From NCBI GenBank assembly GCA_050010755.1, contig JBEKKK010000004.1, forward strand, positions 108,498 to 172,497: a stretch of DNA of 64,000 nucleotides, given 5' to 3'. Shown one piece after another: positions 49,234 to 58,746 of the stretch; the first letter of the stretch is position 1; each line of letters opens with the position of its first letter. Source of the DNA: Candidatus Bathyarchaeia archaeon. Lineage in GTDB: Archaea > Thermoproteota > Bathyarchaeia > Bathyarchaeales > Bathycorpusculaceae. The position numbers and the translations under genes are program-made. The notes under the pieces are model-generated. The model ran no database searches. It saw nothing but the letters and a program-made list of their open reading frames with translations, and had not been told where the DNA came from.

Positions 49234-50024
49234 TGTCGCAGGAAATCGAAAAGATCTACTACTTCATAAAGAGAGACATCACCTCCTTTTCCAGTTACAA
49301 AACGAACATGACTCTCATGGTCTTGGGCGCACTCTTCGGAGCTTTATCATATGCTTTCTTGGGCAACAACGCCTCCATGCAGAGCGTCCTTAATCTGTAT
49401 CACATTTCCTTCAAAGACTACTTGGTCATAGGAGTCGCCTTCAGCACCTACATAGGCCAAGCACTTACACTCGTTCAGGCAACCGCCACTCCCTGGCAGC
49501 TGGAGGAAGTTTTGGTTTCTCCCACTCGCTTGGGCACTTTCATAATCGGTAGTTCCGCTTGGGGGTTCATATGGAGTACGGTTGTCGTGGTCATATACCT
49601 AGCTGTAGGCTATTTTGCCTTCGGCGTGATGCTCAGCATCAACATCATCGGCACAGTGCTCGTGCTGGGGCTTGGTATAAGTACGCTCGTAGGCTTCAGC
49701 ATGATAGGCGCCGGGATACTGATAGTGGTGAAACAGGGCGATCCAGTCACGTGGCTGATGGGCATATTGACAAGCGTTTTCGGCAACGTTCTCTTCCCGC
49801 CCCAGGTAATGCCCTACCCCCTTCAGGTCGTCTCCTACTTTGTGCCCCAATACTACTTTTTCACGTGCATCAGGCTCATGATGATCGGCAGATCCATACA
49901 ATCTATTCTCCCAGACATCCTCACTCTGGCCCTCATGTGCGCCATAATCCTGCCATTGGGCTATCTCATCTACTCATGGTGCCTAAAAACTGCCAGAAAG
50001 AACGGAACCCTATCCTGGTTCTAG
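49230..50024 (+). CDS. ABC-2 type permease
   Basis: About six TM helices, 'LEEVLVSP' and 'FPPQVMP' motifs; overlaps the ATPase stop codon. Confidence 0.88.
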   Translation: MMSQEIEKIYYFIKRDITSFSSYKTNMTLMVLGALFGALSYAFLGNNASMQSVLNLYHISFKDYLVIGVAFSTYIGQALTLVQATATPWQLEEVLVSPTRLGTFIIGSSAWGFIWSTVVVVIYLAVGYFAFGVMLSINIIGTVLVLGLGISTLVGFSMIGAGILIVVKQGDPVTWLMGILTSVFGNVLFPPQVMPYPLQVVSYFVPQYYFFTCIRLMMIGRSIQSILPDILTLALMCAIILPLGYLIYSWCLKTARKNGTLSWF

Positions 50025-50282
50025 AGCGCGCGCTAGGGGAAAGATTGAAAGACAGCGATATCGTGAGAAGCTATCTTGGAAAAGTGCACAACGTTGTGCT
50101 CTGTAACTTTGTTTGGAGGCCAACAACCACAGATACCGGAAATCCACTTGTTTTGGACAAGTCTTTCCATTTGTCTTTGGCTGTTGCAATCATAATTTAG
50201 TTCGTTACGTATTGTTTTGAAGAAAAGAAAAGCCCCCGCAAATGAGAAGCGGGTAGTCGTGTGTGCCTTTCATATTCTTCTT

Positions 50283-51515
50283 TTATCGTGACTCGAATCT
50301 TTTGGGCCGCGTGGCTTTCTTCTTGTAACATACCATTGCAATGAAAATTGCTGACATATAGAATGGCAAAATGATGAATGATGGAAACTCTGGTGTTACG
50401 ACGATTTGCTGTGCTGGAAATTGATAAGTGAGGTACAGAATGCTTTGGGTGCTGTTGGATTCGGGGAGAAGGGTATATCGTGCCTCAGTTCCGTTTACAT
50501 AAATCGCTACGGTTCCGTTGACCAATGCTGTCGGGATGCTGATTCTGCAGAACCCAGTTGTGCCGTTTTCACCTGACGCATTGAACGCTAGAGCGTTGCC
50601 GTTGAACTGGAAATCGGATATCGTGGAGTTGCAGACTGTTTCAACCGAATACTGTGGCGTGACGTTGAAGCTGTTGAACATGCCCAAGAGGGGATAGTGG
50701 TCAAGGTTTCCCACTTCGTAGGGTCCGACGTTATAGGGAATATTTCCAAAACCGTCATTGTTAGTATTGTTACCGTTGTAGTTGCTCCAGTAGTTTCCGC
50801 CGGACGAGTTGCCGTTGTCCCACGTGTTGGGCCATTCTCCGCTTTCGCCCCAGTTGAACACTTGGATAGAATTGTTGATGAAGTTGTTGTTAAAGAACGT
50901 GTTATATTCGGAAGCAAATAGGTTGACGCCTTTATTGCTACTGTTCACTATCGTGTTTGCTGTAAACATGGTGTTGTAAGCCTCTTCCACATATATGCCA
51001 ACGTAGCTGTTTTCGATGTAGTTGTGGGTTATAACGCTGAGAGTCGGTACACCGACTGAGCATTCTAGGTAAATGCCGTAAGTGTTGTTTATTATCTGAT
51101 TATCAGATATGTAACAGTTCTCGCCACTATTGAGATATATACCAGAATCGTAAAACTCGGTTCCACTGTTTCTGACTGTGAACCCGCTCAGGGTCACATT
51201 ATCAGATATTGCCACAACATTTCCTGTGCCGTTGCCGTCTATGATTGTTGACCCGCTGCCAGCTCCGATAAGCGATATGCTCTTGTTCACGACAACGTTT
51301 TCAAAGAATGTGCCCGGATATACAAAGATTGTTTGCCCATCTAACGTTTCGTTAGCGTTTATTGCTTCTTGAATTGTCGAGTAGTTCAAGCCTGTGCTGA
51401 GGTTGTGAACTGGTAAACTGCTTGATGCCTTCACTTGAGAACTGGTAAACCTCGCAAAAGACAAACAAGACATCGACAAAAGCAGGCAAAAAACAAAAAC
51501 AAATCTTTTCTCCAC
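50283..51515 (-). CDS. Secreted NosD/CASH parallel beta-helix protein with PEF-CTERM-like sorting signal
   Basis: TIQEAIN, GIYL repeats, GGNYWSNY and DHYPL motifs; C-terminal PEF + TM + KKK. Confidence 0.87.
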   Translation of the reverse strand: MEKRFVFVFCLLLSMSCLSFARFTSSQVKASSSLPVHNLSTGLNYSTIQEAINANETLDGQTIFVYPGTFFENVVVNKSISLIGAGSGSTIIDGNGTGNVVAISDNVTLSGFTVRNSGTEFYDSGIYLNSGENCYISDNQIINNTYGIYLECSVGVPTLSVITHNYIENSYVGIYVEEAYNTMFTANTIVNSSNKGVNLFASEYNTFFNNNFINNSIQVFNWGESGEWPNTWDNGNSSGGNYWSNYNGNNTNNDGFGNIPYNVGPYEVGNLDHYPLLGMFNSFNVTPQYSVETVCNSTISDFQFNGNALAFNASGENGTTGFCRISIPTALVNGTVAIYVNGTEARYTLLPESNSTQSILYLTYQFPAQQIVVTPEFPSFIILPFYMSAIFIAMVCYKKKATRPKRFESR

Positions 51516-51521
51516 GTTGGA

Positions 51522-53711
51522 TCAACTCCCGTATGAGACTGATCCCGTTCCGAGTAATGGTTCTGGCCAGTTATCAAGATTGGGCCAGTATATTGCGAGT
51601 GTCCAGTCTGGATCAAAAGTAAAAGCTGAAGTTGTCTGCGGCGCCGTTGGGGTTGGCGACTTTATTATTCTGAACTCTATCTGTGCAAGCGTGCCGGTTC
51701 CGTTGAAACACCAGTTCTCGCTTCCTTGAATGAAGGTGCAGCCCCACTCGATAACTCCGCAGGTGCTGTTGTTAGGTATGGCGCCAACCACTACTGGCGG
51801 CTGAACCAGCGTGTCTCCAGAGGAGGTGGCGCCGTGGAAAACGTTGTCCGAGGGCAACCATGCATTAACAAACTGGAGAGTGGTGTTGTCGTATGTCATG
51901 CCGATTCCCCACGCATAAAGGTCTGTCACGTTGGATACGGTGACGTTTACGAAGAATGTGGAGCCTAACGACGTCTCGTTTGAATAGAATATGAAATCTG
52001 GAGTTCCAATGTTGCGAACCGTGGCGGAAGCGTTCCAGTTTGACGCGTTGCTCTCAGGTCCTGGATTCAAGAAGCTAAAAACTGGTGAGACGGCTGCAAT
52101 TACGGTTGCGTTGTTAGAGATTGTCTGTGCGCCGGTGTTGTCGGTTACTTCCAAATATACGGTGTAGGAACCTACAGACGGGGGCGTGAACGTCCAATTC
52201 GCGTCCGTAGCACCGGAAACTGGAGAACCATCAAGATACCACTGGAACGTGTACGGCAAACTGCCGCCCCTCGCGTTTGAACTGAAAACTTCAGACTGAC
52301 CTTGAATTATTCCGCAATAAGAGGGTGAAATGGATGCAGAAAATGCTGGCAGACCAATAGCGTAAACAGTTCCGTCGCTGGAGGCTGCGAAGACCACGCC
52401 GTTGTCAAAGAATGGAACGGAAAAACCGCCCACGTTGAACTTCCATATTAACGCGCCGTTCGTGGCATTCAAGGCGTAAACGTTATCGTCATTCGAGCCC
52501 ACGTAAACGACTCCGTCAACAACGCAAGGTGAATACAAATAACTACCGCCCGATATCCAACTGCCCGTCTGGTAGCTCCAAATGTACGCTCCTGTTGTTG
52601 CGTTCAAGGCATAGATGCTGCCATCATAAGAATCCAAATAAAGAACTCCGCCGACAACGGCAGGATCATCGCGCACGAAACCCTTAGTTGAGTAGCTCCA
52701 CAGCTGCTGGCCAGTTGAAGCGTTCAAAGCGTAAAGGCCATCGCCGTTTGCGCTTGCCACATAAGCGATGTCTCCGAAAACGGACACGTTAGAACCCCAC
52801 CCGAACAAGTAAGTCCACAAGACTCCGCCTGTGGAAGCGTTCAGGGAATAAACAAGATCTGTTGTCATTAAAAATACATTGCCGTCGCTGATAGCAACAG
52901 AACCCACAGGGTCATCGGCCGTGTAGACCCATTCGAGTGTGCCAGTCGTACTGTTTAGCGCCCAAACGTAGGAATCCCCGGGAACATAATCGATGCCATT
53001 AACAACCGTGGAAGACCCAAAGCGAGCGCCACTGCTCGAGTAGCTCCACAAAACCGTCCCCGTCGTGCTGTTCAGAGCCCAATCCACGCTATCCGAACCG
53101 ACGTAAACGATGCCACCGGCAACAACAGGAGTCGAAAAGTAAGCATCACCTGTTGTGAAGTTCCATACAGTCATACCCGTCGTGTCGTTCAGCGCGTATA
53201 TCGAGCCTTCCAAACAGATGTAGGCTATGCCCTCAGCAAGAGCAGGAGGATTAATGCCCGGTCCGTCGGCCCCGTTTGCTTCAAACCATATGAAGGCCCC
53301 TGTGGAAACATTATAAGCGAAAATCTCAGTAGGAGCGCCAGCAGTCCACCCATTACCTCCAGCTCCTACGCAGACTTCGCCGTCGCCTACGGCTACTATG
53401 CTCTCGCCACCGTTCCTGACAGTCCACAGACTTTGGTTGGACAACTGCACGGTCTGACTTGCATTAGAAGATGTTGGCGTTGAATTTAGCGTGCGTGTGG
53501 CGCTCGACGAAGCCATGGTGCGAATCATGGACCACCAGTATGCGGCAGACTGTATGGTGGAAGGTCCCGAGTTCACGGTAGAACCTGTGCCCTGCCGATT
53601 CGTCTGGTTCTGCGGGACAATGTTGTGAACGGTCACGGCAAAAAGAGAGACTGCCAAAACGACAACCGCAAATTTCAACAGTTCTTTCTTTGCAGAAGTC
53701 AAAGATTTCAT
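51522..53711 (-). CDS. N-terminally anchored PQQ-like beta-propeller + PKD/Ig + C-terminal cohesin-like domain
   Basis: Repeated 'YALNAxTG...W' blades; PKD-like 'YTFQWYLDG...YTVYLEVTD'; 'FFVNVTVSNVTDLYAWGIGMTYDNTTL' cohesin-like segment. Confidence 0.82.
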   Translation of the reverse strand: MKSLTSAKKELLKFAVVVLAVSLFAVTVHNIVPQNQTNRQGTGSTVNSGPSTIQSAAYWWSMIRTMASSSATRTLNSTPTSSNASQTVQLSNQSLWTVRNGGESIVAVGDGEVCVGAGGNGWTAGAPTEIFAYNVSTGAFIWFEANGADGPGINPPALAEGIAYICLEGSIYALNDTTGMTVWNFTTGDAYFSTPVVAGGIVYVGSDSVDWALNSTTGTVLWSYSSSGARFGSSTVVNGIDYVPGDSYVWALNSTTGTLEWVYTADDPVGSVAISDGNVFLMTTDLVYSLNASTGGVLWTYLFGWGSNVSVFGDIAYVASANGDGLYALNASTGQQLWSYSTKGFVRDDPAVVGGVLYLDSYDGSIYALNATTGAYIWSYQTGSWISGGSYLYSPCVVDGVVYVGSNDDNVYALNATNGALIWKFNVGGFSVPFFDNGVVFAASSDGTVYAIGLPAFSASISPSYCGIIQGQSEVFSSNARGGSLPYTFQWYLDGSPVSGATDANWTFTPPSVGSYTVYLEVTDNTGAQTISNNATVIAAVSPVFSFLNPGPESNASNWNASATVRNIGTPDFIFYSNETSLGSTFFVNVTVSNVTDLYAWGIGMTYDNTTLQFVNAWLPSDNVFHGATSSGDTLVQPPVVVGAIPNNSTCGVIEWGCTFIQGSENWCFNGTGTLAQIEFRIIKSPTPTAPQTTSAFTFDPDWTLAIYWPNLDNWPEPLLGTGSVSYGS

Positions 53712-53751
53712 GCTGAAACTTGCACTCGTTAGTCAATATAATGCTATGTTT

Positions 53752-53810
53752 TTATACGGTGGTATAACTTTGTTATACATGAATAACCAGAAATAGTTTC
53801 CCGAGTATAA
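53752..53810. promoter_or_regulatory. Palindromic operator candidate GTATAAC-TTT-GTTATAC with flanking half-sites
   Basis: Perfect 7-3-7 inverted repeat at 53762-53778, plus TTATAC (53752) and GTATAA (53805). Confidence 0.55.
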
Positions 53811-53833
53811 ACCACGATGAGTCTGGCGTCTCC

Positions 53834-54250
53834 TTGACGAAAGAACATGACATCCTGACAGGTAAAACTGCCCAGGTGTACAAGTACGCCGTCAAGATGG
53901 GAAAGCCAGTCGGCGCGAGGGAAGTCCAGAAAGTACTCAATCTAAGCAGCCCCAGACTGGCAGCGTATCACTTGGAGAAGCTGGAAAAAGCCGGACTGGT
54001 GAAACAAACTCCAGAAGGATTCATTGTGGATAAACTCGTGCTCGAAAACTTCGTCAGATTCTATCGGCTTCTTATCCCGAAATATTTCCTTTATTTCGCA
54101 TTCTTTGCCACAGCCATGGTTTTTCAGATAATTCTTTTCGCACCCTTTGGAATAACGGGAGAGTACGTGTTTGCAACTGGAATACTTGCCGTAGCGACGA
54201 CGTATTTCGGGTACGAAACGATCGCAATTTTCTTGAAAAAAGAAATCTAG
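53834..54250 (+). CDS. Membrane-anchored winged-helix regulator (wHTH + 2 TM)
   Basis: 'VGAREVQKVLNLSSPRLAAYHLEKLEKAGLV' followed by two hydrophobic helices. Confidence 0.8.
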   Translation: MTKEHDILTGKTAQVYKYAVKMGKPVGAREVQKVLNLSSPRLAAYHLEKLEKAGLVKQTPEGFIVDKLVLENFVRFYRLLIPKYFLYFAFFATAMVFQIILFAPFGITGEYVFATGILAVATTYFGYETIAIFLKKEI

Positions 54251-54299
54251 GACCGGATCCGTAACGGCATTTTGTCGATTTTCCGCGCGCGCACCGAGT

Positions 54300-56369
54300 T
54301 TACGTCTTTCTCGCTCCTCGAGTGCTATTCCAGAACTTTTCTATCAGTTCTCCGCATTCAGACGGTCCGTTGACCGGTACCATTTCTTTCTGGTAATAGC
54401 TGGGTAGCTGCCTTTTGACGTAAGGTTGCGAAACGCGATTGTCCAACATTACTATGCAGCCTTTGTCACGGGCTGATCTGTGGACGCGTCCGCAGGCCTG
54501 AACGAGCCGAAGAATAGCTGGGGCATAATAGGCATAAGTGCGTCCTCTTCCTGGAAATTGCTGCTCGAGATAGTCAATCAGCGCCGACTCATACGGGTTC
54601 CATGTCGCGAGGGGCAGACCGACTGTGATAACGCATTTGAGGATGTTGCCCGGGTAGTCCATTCCTTCACTTAACTTGGCTCCCATCACACCGTAAAGAA
54701 TGTTACGTGATGAGCTTCTCAACCTGTCGATGACCTCGCTTCTCACAGTGTCTTGACCCTCCAGCATAGTACGCCTGTTCGTCTTGACTAAGGAGGTGAC
54801 TTCGCGCATCAATCCGTAACTCGTGAAGAAGACTGCCAAGTTTCCTTCGGTCGCATGGGATATCGCTTCGATGTAGTCTTTCCATTTCCGAAGCATGACG
54901 TCGCTTCTTTTCTTGAACTCTGAAGACACGTCCTCGGCGGCAAGGATGAGTCTGTTCTCAGAAGGAAAGGGCGAATCAAACTCCTTGAGACAAGTGCGTT
55001 CAGGATTGTATAGCATCAGGTCTCTGTAGACGGTTGGCGGAGAAAGAAAACCGCTCATGAGGATCGAGCCTCGTGCTTCTCTTAAGACGATATCCACGAT
55101 TTCTCTTCCGTCCAGGCTTTTAACCGACAGGGCGATGCGGTTTCGTCTGTCCCTGAGGATCAGGTGCACGTGTTTTGGATCCGCATATTTGAAAAAGTTC
55201 TCGATGAATAAGCCGATGCGGAGATTGTAATTCGAAAGTTTCATGGAACCCGATTTAAGCTGCTCGTTCTTCACGTGCTGGCCGTATTCTTTAAGCGTGT
55301 CAGCAACTTCCTCAGCCGAAACGCCTCTGCTAGCCAAGAATAAGTCGCTGACTTCTTGCAGGTTGAGCAGTCTGAGTTCTTCGGGTCCCAGCGTGGTTTG
55401 GCCGCGCTCGAAAATCTCCTTCATGAGAAACTGCAGATGTTCTTTCACAACCGGGCGAGATTCATGCTCAAAAGCCTCTGTCTCCCTCAACGCTCTTTCA
55501 ACCGTGACCTCCGTGAGCTCATCAGAAAGCAACCCCCTCGCAAAATTCGGCAGATTATGCGCTTCATCCACTATCAAAAAGACCTTTGAGAAGCCGGGTC
55601 CAAAGCTTTTCAGAATCGACTCTCTTATGCCCGGGTCAAAAGCGTAATGGTACGTTCCGAGAAAAATGTTAGCCCTAGGCAGAATCGTCTTCAGGGCTTC
55701 GTGAGCACAAAACCCTCGTTTGGACATGAACTCAACCGATTCTTCGGGGGCAAGAATCCTCCTCCCACACTCCAGAGCCAGTTGCTCCGCCTCTTCCTCT
55801 CTTTCAATATTTTTCTTGAAGAACCTGCAGAAGGGCCGAGTTGAAAGTTCACAGTTTTCCTTTCGCCTCCTGCACTCCTCAAAAAAATCAAGGTAACTGG
55901 CGTCGTCCTTAGTTTTCAGCGGACACATGTCCTGCTTGCTGAAAAAAGAAACACAACAGAGATCACTCGATAACGCCCTCAACTCTTTCAGGTAAATGTG
56001 CAGTTGACTCCTCGTCCTGAAACAAATCATAAGCCTATTGTCGCCGAGCTGAGGTAACACTGCGACCAAAGACGCAATCGACTTCCCTATCCCGCAAGGA
56101 GCACTCCCCACAAACACCTCCCTATTCTTGACAGCCTTGCTTGCTTCCTGAATAAACTCAGCTTGACCCTTCCGCAACTCATAACTTCCAGGAAGCCCGA
56201 TGCTCGTCCGAAACTTCATTCTTAACCGCTGACCGTTTTTCAGCTCGACCTCAGAAAGTCTGTTGCTGGCTATGAGAAACGTTCCACAGTTTATACAAAA
56301 CCGGTTACTCTCATACTCATCCAGAGAATACTTCCGGCCACAACTGCGGCAAACATAGGTCTGAGGCAA
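54300..56369 (-). CDS. XPD/Rad3/DinG-family Fe-S helicase with N-terminal zinc ribbon
   Basis: APCGIGKS, Fe-S cysteines, DEAHN, SEGMDY and QACGRVHR motifs; N-terminal CxxC...CxxC. Confidence 0.88.
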   Translation of the reverse strand: MPQTYVCRSCGRKYSLDEYESNRFCINCGTFLIASNRLSEVELKNGQRLRMKFRTSIGLPGSYELRKGQAEFIQEASKAVKNREVFVGSAPCGIGKSIASLVAVLPQLGDNRLMICFRTRSQLHIYLKELRALSSDLCCVSFFSKQDMCPLKTKDDASYLDFFEECRRRKENCELSTRPFCRFFKKNIEREEEAEQLALECGRRILAPEESVEFMSKRGFCAHEALKTILPRANIFLGTYHYAFDPGIRESILKSFGPGFSKVFLIVDEAHNLPNFARGLLSDELTEVTVERALRETEAFEHESRPVVKEHLQFLMKEIFERGQTTLGPEELRLLNLQEVSDLFLASRGVSAEEVADTLKEYGQHVKNEQLKSGSMKLSNYNLRIGLFIENFFKYADPKHVHLILRDRRNRIALSVKSLDGREIVDIVLREARGSILMSGFLSPPTVYRDLMLYNPERTCLKEFDSPFPSENRLILAAEDVSSEFKKRSDVMLRKWKDYIEAISHATEGNLAVFFTSYGLMREVTSLVKTNRRTMLEGQDTVRSEVIDRLRSSSRNILYGVMGAKLSEGMDYPGNILKCVITVGLPLATWNPYESALIDYLEQQFPGRGRTYAYYAPAILRLVQACGRVHRSARDKGCIVMLDNRVSQPYVKRQLPSYYQKEMVPVNGPSECGELIEKFWNSTRGARKT

Positions 56370-56706
56370 CTAGTCCACAGCATCAGTGAAGCGGACTCCC
56401 AACATATACTTTCTCAGTAAATAACGCGAATCGCCCTCATACTGAAAACTTCCAGATCGATAGTCGAAAATAATGAAAGAACAAACCATGAAACAACAAA
56501 TCCTGAAAGTGCCCAGACAAATCGATTGCTCAGATGCAAATGTCAACATATCTCTGAAAGAGAATGAGTCTAATAGACGAAAAGTGAGCTCCCAAATCGT
56601 TAGAGTAACCAGGGCAAGCGCTAATTGAGATAAAGCTCCAGTCACTATTCGAGATTCATAACGCTTTTACATCATCTTCTTGAATTATTTAAACGGGAGT
56701 GTAAAA

Positions 56707-56877
56707 ATGGTTAATTGTCCAGAATGCGGGAGACCATTGAAAAAGAGCACACGCAAGGCCAGGTACTGGTGCGAAAACGATGCTTGTTCCGTTATATTTG
56801 TTCGACATCCTGACAAGCCGCCCATAATGGAGATCGCCTACAAGGCTAAAGCAAGCTCTCAGCGAAACGATGAATAG
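56707..56877 (+). CDS. Small zinc-finger protein
   Basis: CPECG...YWCENDAC; GGGAGTG SD. Confidence 0.65.
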   Translation: MVNCPECGRPLKKSTRKARYWCENDACSVIFVRHPDKPPIMEIAYKAKASSQRNDE

Positions 56878-57065
56878 CCCTAGTTAGTCGAAGACTTACA
56901 TCAGATTATGCACCAAGGATGCCCTAGGTAAGATCTCACCGAACTTGAACGTCGAAAACGATTGCCAAGCTCCATAACTGATTCTAACGCTGTTAAAATA
57001 GGCCAAAACGAATAAGACGAAGATTTGAGTACAAGAGCGATATCACATAGACAGGGTTAGGTTGC

Positions 57066-57764
57066 TTGAGCAAGAAAACAATCTATTTTCCACATAATGT
57101 GCTGTTGTTCGCAATCTTGCTGATTGTCCTGCTCTTGGTTATCGGTCTCCTTTTTGTCGGAGTTATTGGAATAGCCTTCGCAAAAGTTGGGTTCAACACA
57201 GCCACAATCGCTTTAATCTTGGTTGGCACGTTCTTGGGAAGCTACATCAACATCCCGTTGTTAAAACTCAAGACCACCGTTCCAATGGAAAGAGAAGGGT
57301 ACGTGAGCTTCTTTGGGATTCCTTTCAGAATCCCGCAAGTGGAGTACGGTGAAGCAATTACCGTGTTGGCCGTCAACGTGGGCGGAGCTTTGATCCCTAC
57401 GGCAGTTTCGATATACCTTCTCTATAGAGCAGCGACTCAAGTTGTCGCGTACAGTCTGTTAGGCGTGGTATTAGTTGCGTTTATCACTCGTGCAGTCGCG
57501 AGGCCAGTGAAAGGAGTAGGAATAGTAACTCCGGCCTTGGTTCCGCCGATAGCAGCGGCTTTCATAGCCCTTATTCTTTCGCCGCATTCGCCTGAGATAG
57601 TTGCCTATGTTTCAGGAGTCCTGGGCACACTCATAGGCGCAGACTTATCAAACCTGAATATTATTCCTAAACTCGGGGCTCCAATAGCCAGCATAGGCGG
57701 TGCCGGTACCTTCGACGGAGTGTTCCTAAGCGGCATAATAGCTGTTCTCATCGCCGCCCTCTAG
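57066..57764 (+). CDS. DUF1614-family membrane protein
   Basis: GSYINIP, AVNVGGALIP, GTLIGADL and SIGGAGTFDGVF motifs. Confidence 0.9.
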   Translation: MSKKTIYFPHNVLLFAILLIVLLLVIGLLFVGVIGIAFAKVGFNTATIALILVGTFLGSYINIPLLKLKTTVPMEREGYVSFFGIPFRIPQVEYGEAITVLAVNVGGALIPTAVSIYLLYRAATQVVAYSLLGVVLVAFITRAVARPVKGVGIVTPALVPPIAAAFIALILSPHSPEIVAYVSGVLGTLIGADLSNLNIIPKLGAPIASIGGAGTFDGVFLSGIIAVLIAAL

Positions 57765-58048
57765 AGCACACTTGTTTGAAATGAGTTAAGCAAGGCTGAA
57801 GCAGTGAGTACGTTCACCCTATAGGATATGGTAGCTCCTAGGTGATGGTTTTCGCTGTTAACATTTAGCGCGCGCTATGCTATCACCGGACTGCTAGCAC
57901 GGTGAACCATAGCCCGCCAAGTTAACCGTACCTCCAATAATAACATTTTTGAAGAGGGTGCGACTAGATGAAGCCAAAAAGAGAAGCCTCGTAAGAAAAC
58001 GCAATTCAAACAACCAAGAAAAACTACAGTTAGCAGGAGAACTGAACG

Positions 58049-58696
58049 TTGGCTAAGATACAAACCAATTGGGAGAATTACTATTCGACGCTGAGGCGGA
58101 TGCCCCGAAGAATGATGAAAACCGCCCAATTCATTGTTGATGCTGTTCCAGACTTGAAAAAGCAAAACGTCAAGGCAGTATTGGACTTGGGTTGTGGAGC
58201 GGGCAGACACTGCGTCCTGCTCGCTAACAGCGGCTTCGAAGTCATAGGCATCGATATTTCCAAAAGCGCACTAAGAATTGCGACGGGTTGGACAAAAAGA
58301 GAGAGACTAAAAAACGTCGCTTTCGTACGCGCAACAATGACAAACATCCCACTAAGAGATTGCTGCTTAGACGCTGTAATCAGCATCAGCGTCATACATC
58401 ACGGCTTCAAAAAAGACGTCGAAACAACCATGAAAGAGGTTCACAGAACACTCCAAGAAAATGGCAAGCTCTTGGTAAATTTAGCCTCAGTGAAGGATTC
58501 ACGGTACGGAAAGGGAAAAAGACTTGAGAAGAACACCTACTGGATACTAGAGTCTTATGAAAAAGACCGCTTCGAGGAACTTCATCATTTTCTCACAAAA
58601 CAGGAAGTATCAAAACTGTTGCAAGGCTTTACCAGAATACAGCTTGGAGTTGCAAAAGAAAAACCAAATTACTGGGAGATAATGGCCGTTAAATAA
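58049..58696 (+). CDS. Class I SAM-dependent methyltransferase
   Basis: VLDLGCGAGRH and GIDIS motifs. Confidence 0.88.
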   Translation: MAKIQTNWENYYSTLRRMPRRMMKTAQFIVDAVPDLKKQNVKAVLDLGCGAGRHCVLLANSGFEVIGIDISKSALRIATGWTKRERLKNVAFVRATMTNIPLRDCCLDAVISISVIHHGFKKDVETTMKEVHRTLQENGKLLVNLASVKDSRYGKGKRLEKNTYWILESYEKDRFEELHHFLTKQEVSKLLQGFTRIQLGVAKEKPNYWEIMAVK

Positions 58697-58746
58697 GCCA
58701 TTCGCGCTGTGCATCACCGGACCGCGAAGCAACGCAAACTGTAGTC

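Noticed and set aside
57968-57994. Eight-codon uORF (MKPKREAS) with an SD before the methyltransferase
   Set aside because: Too short to distinguish from chance or a decayed gene start.
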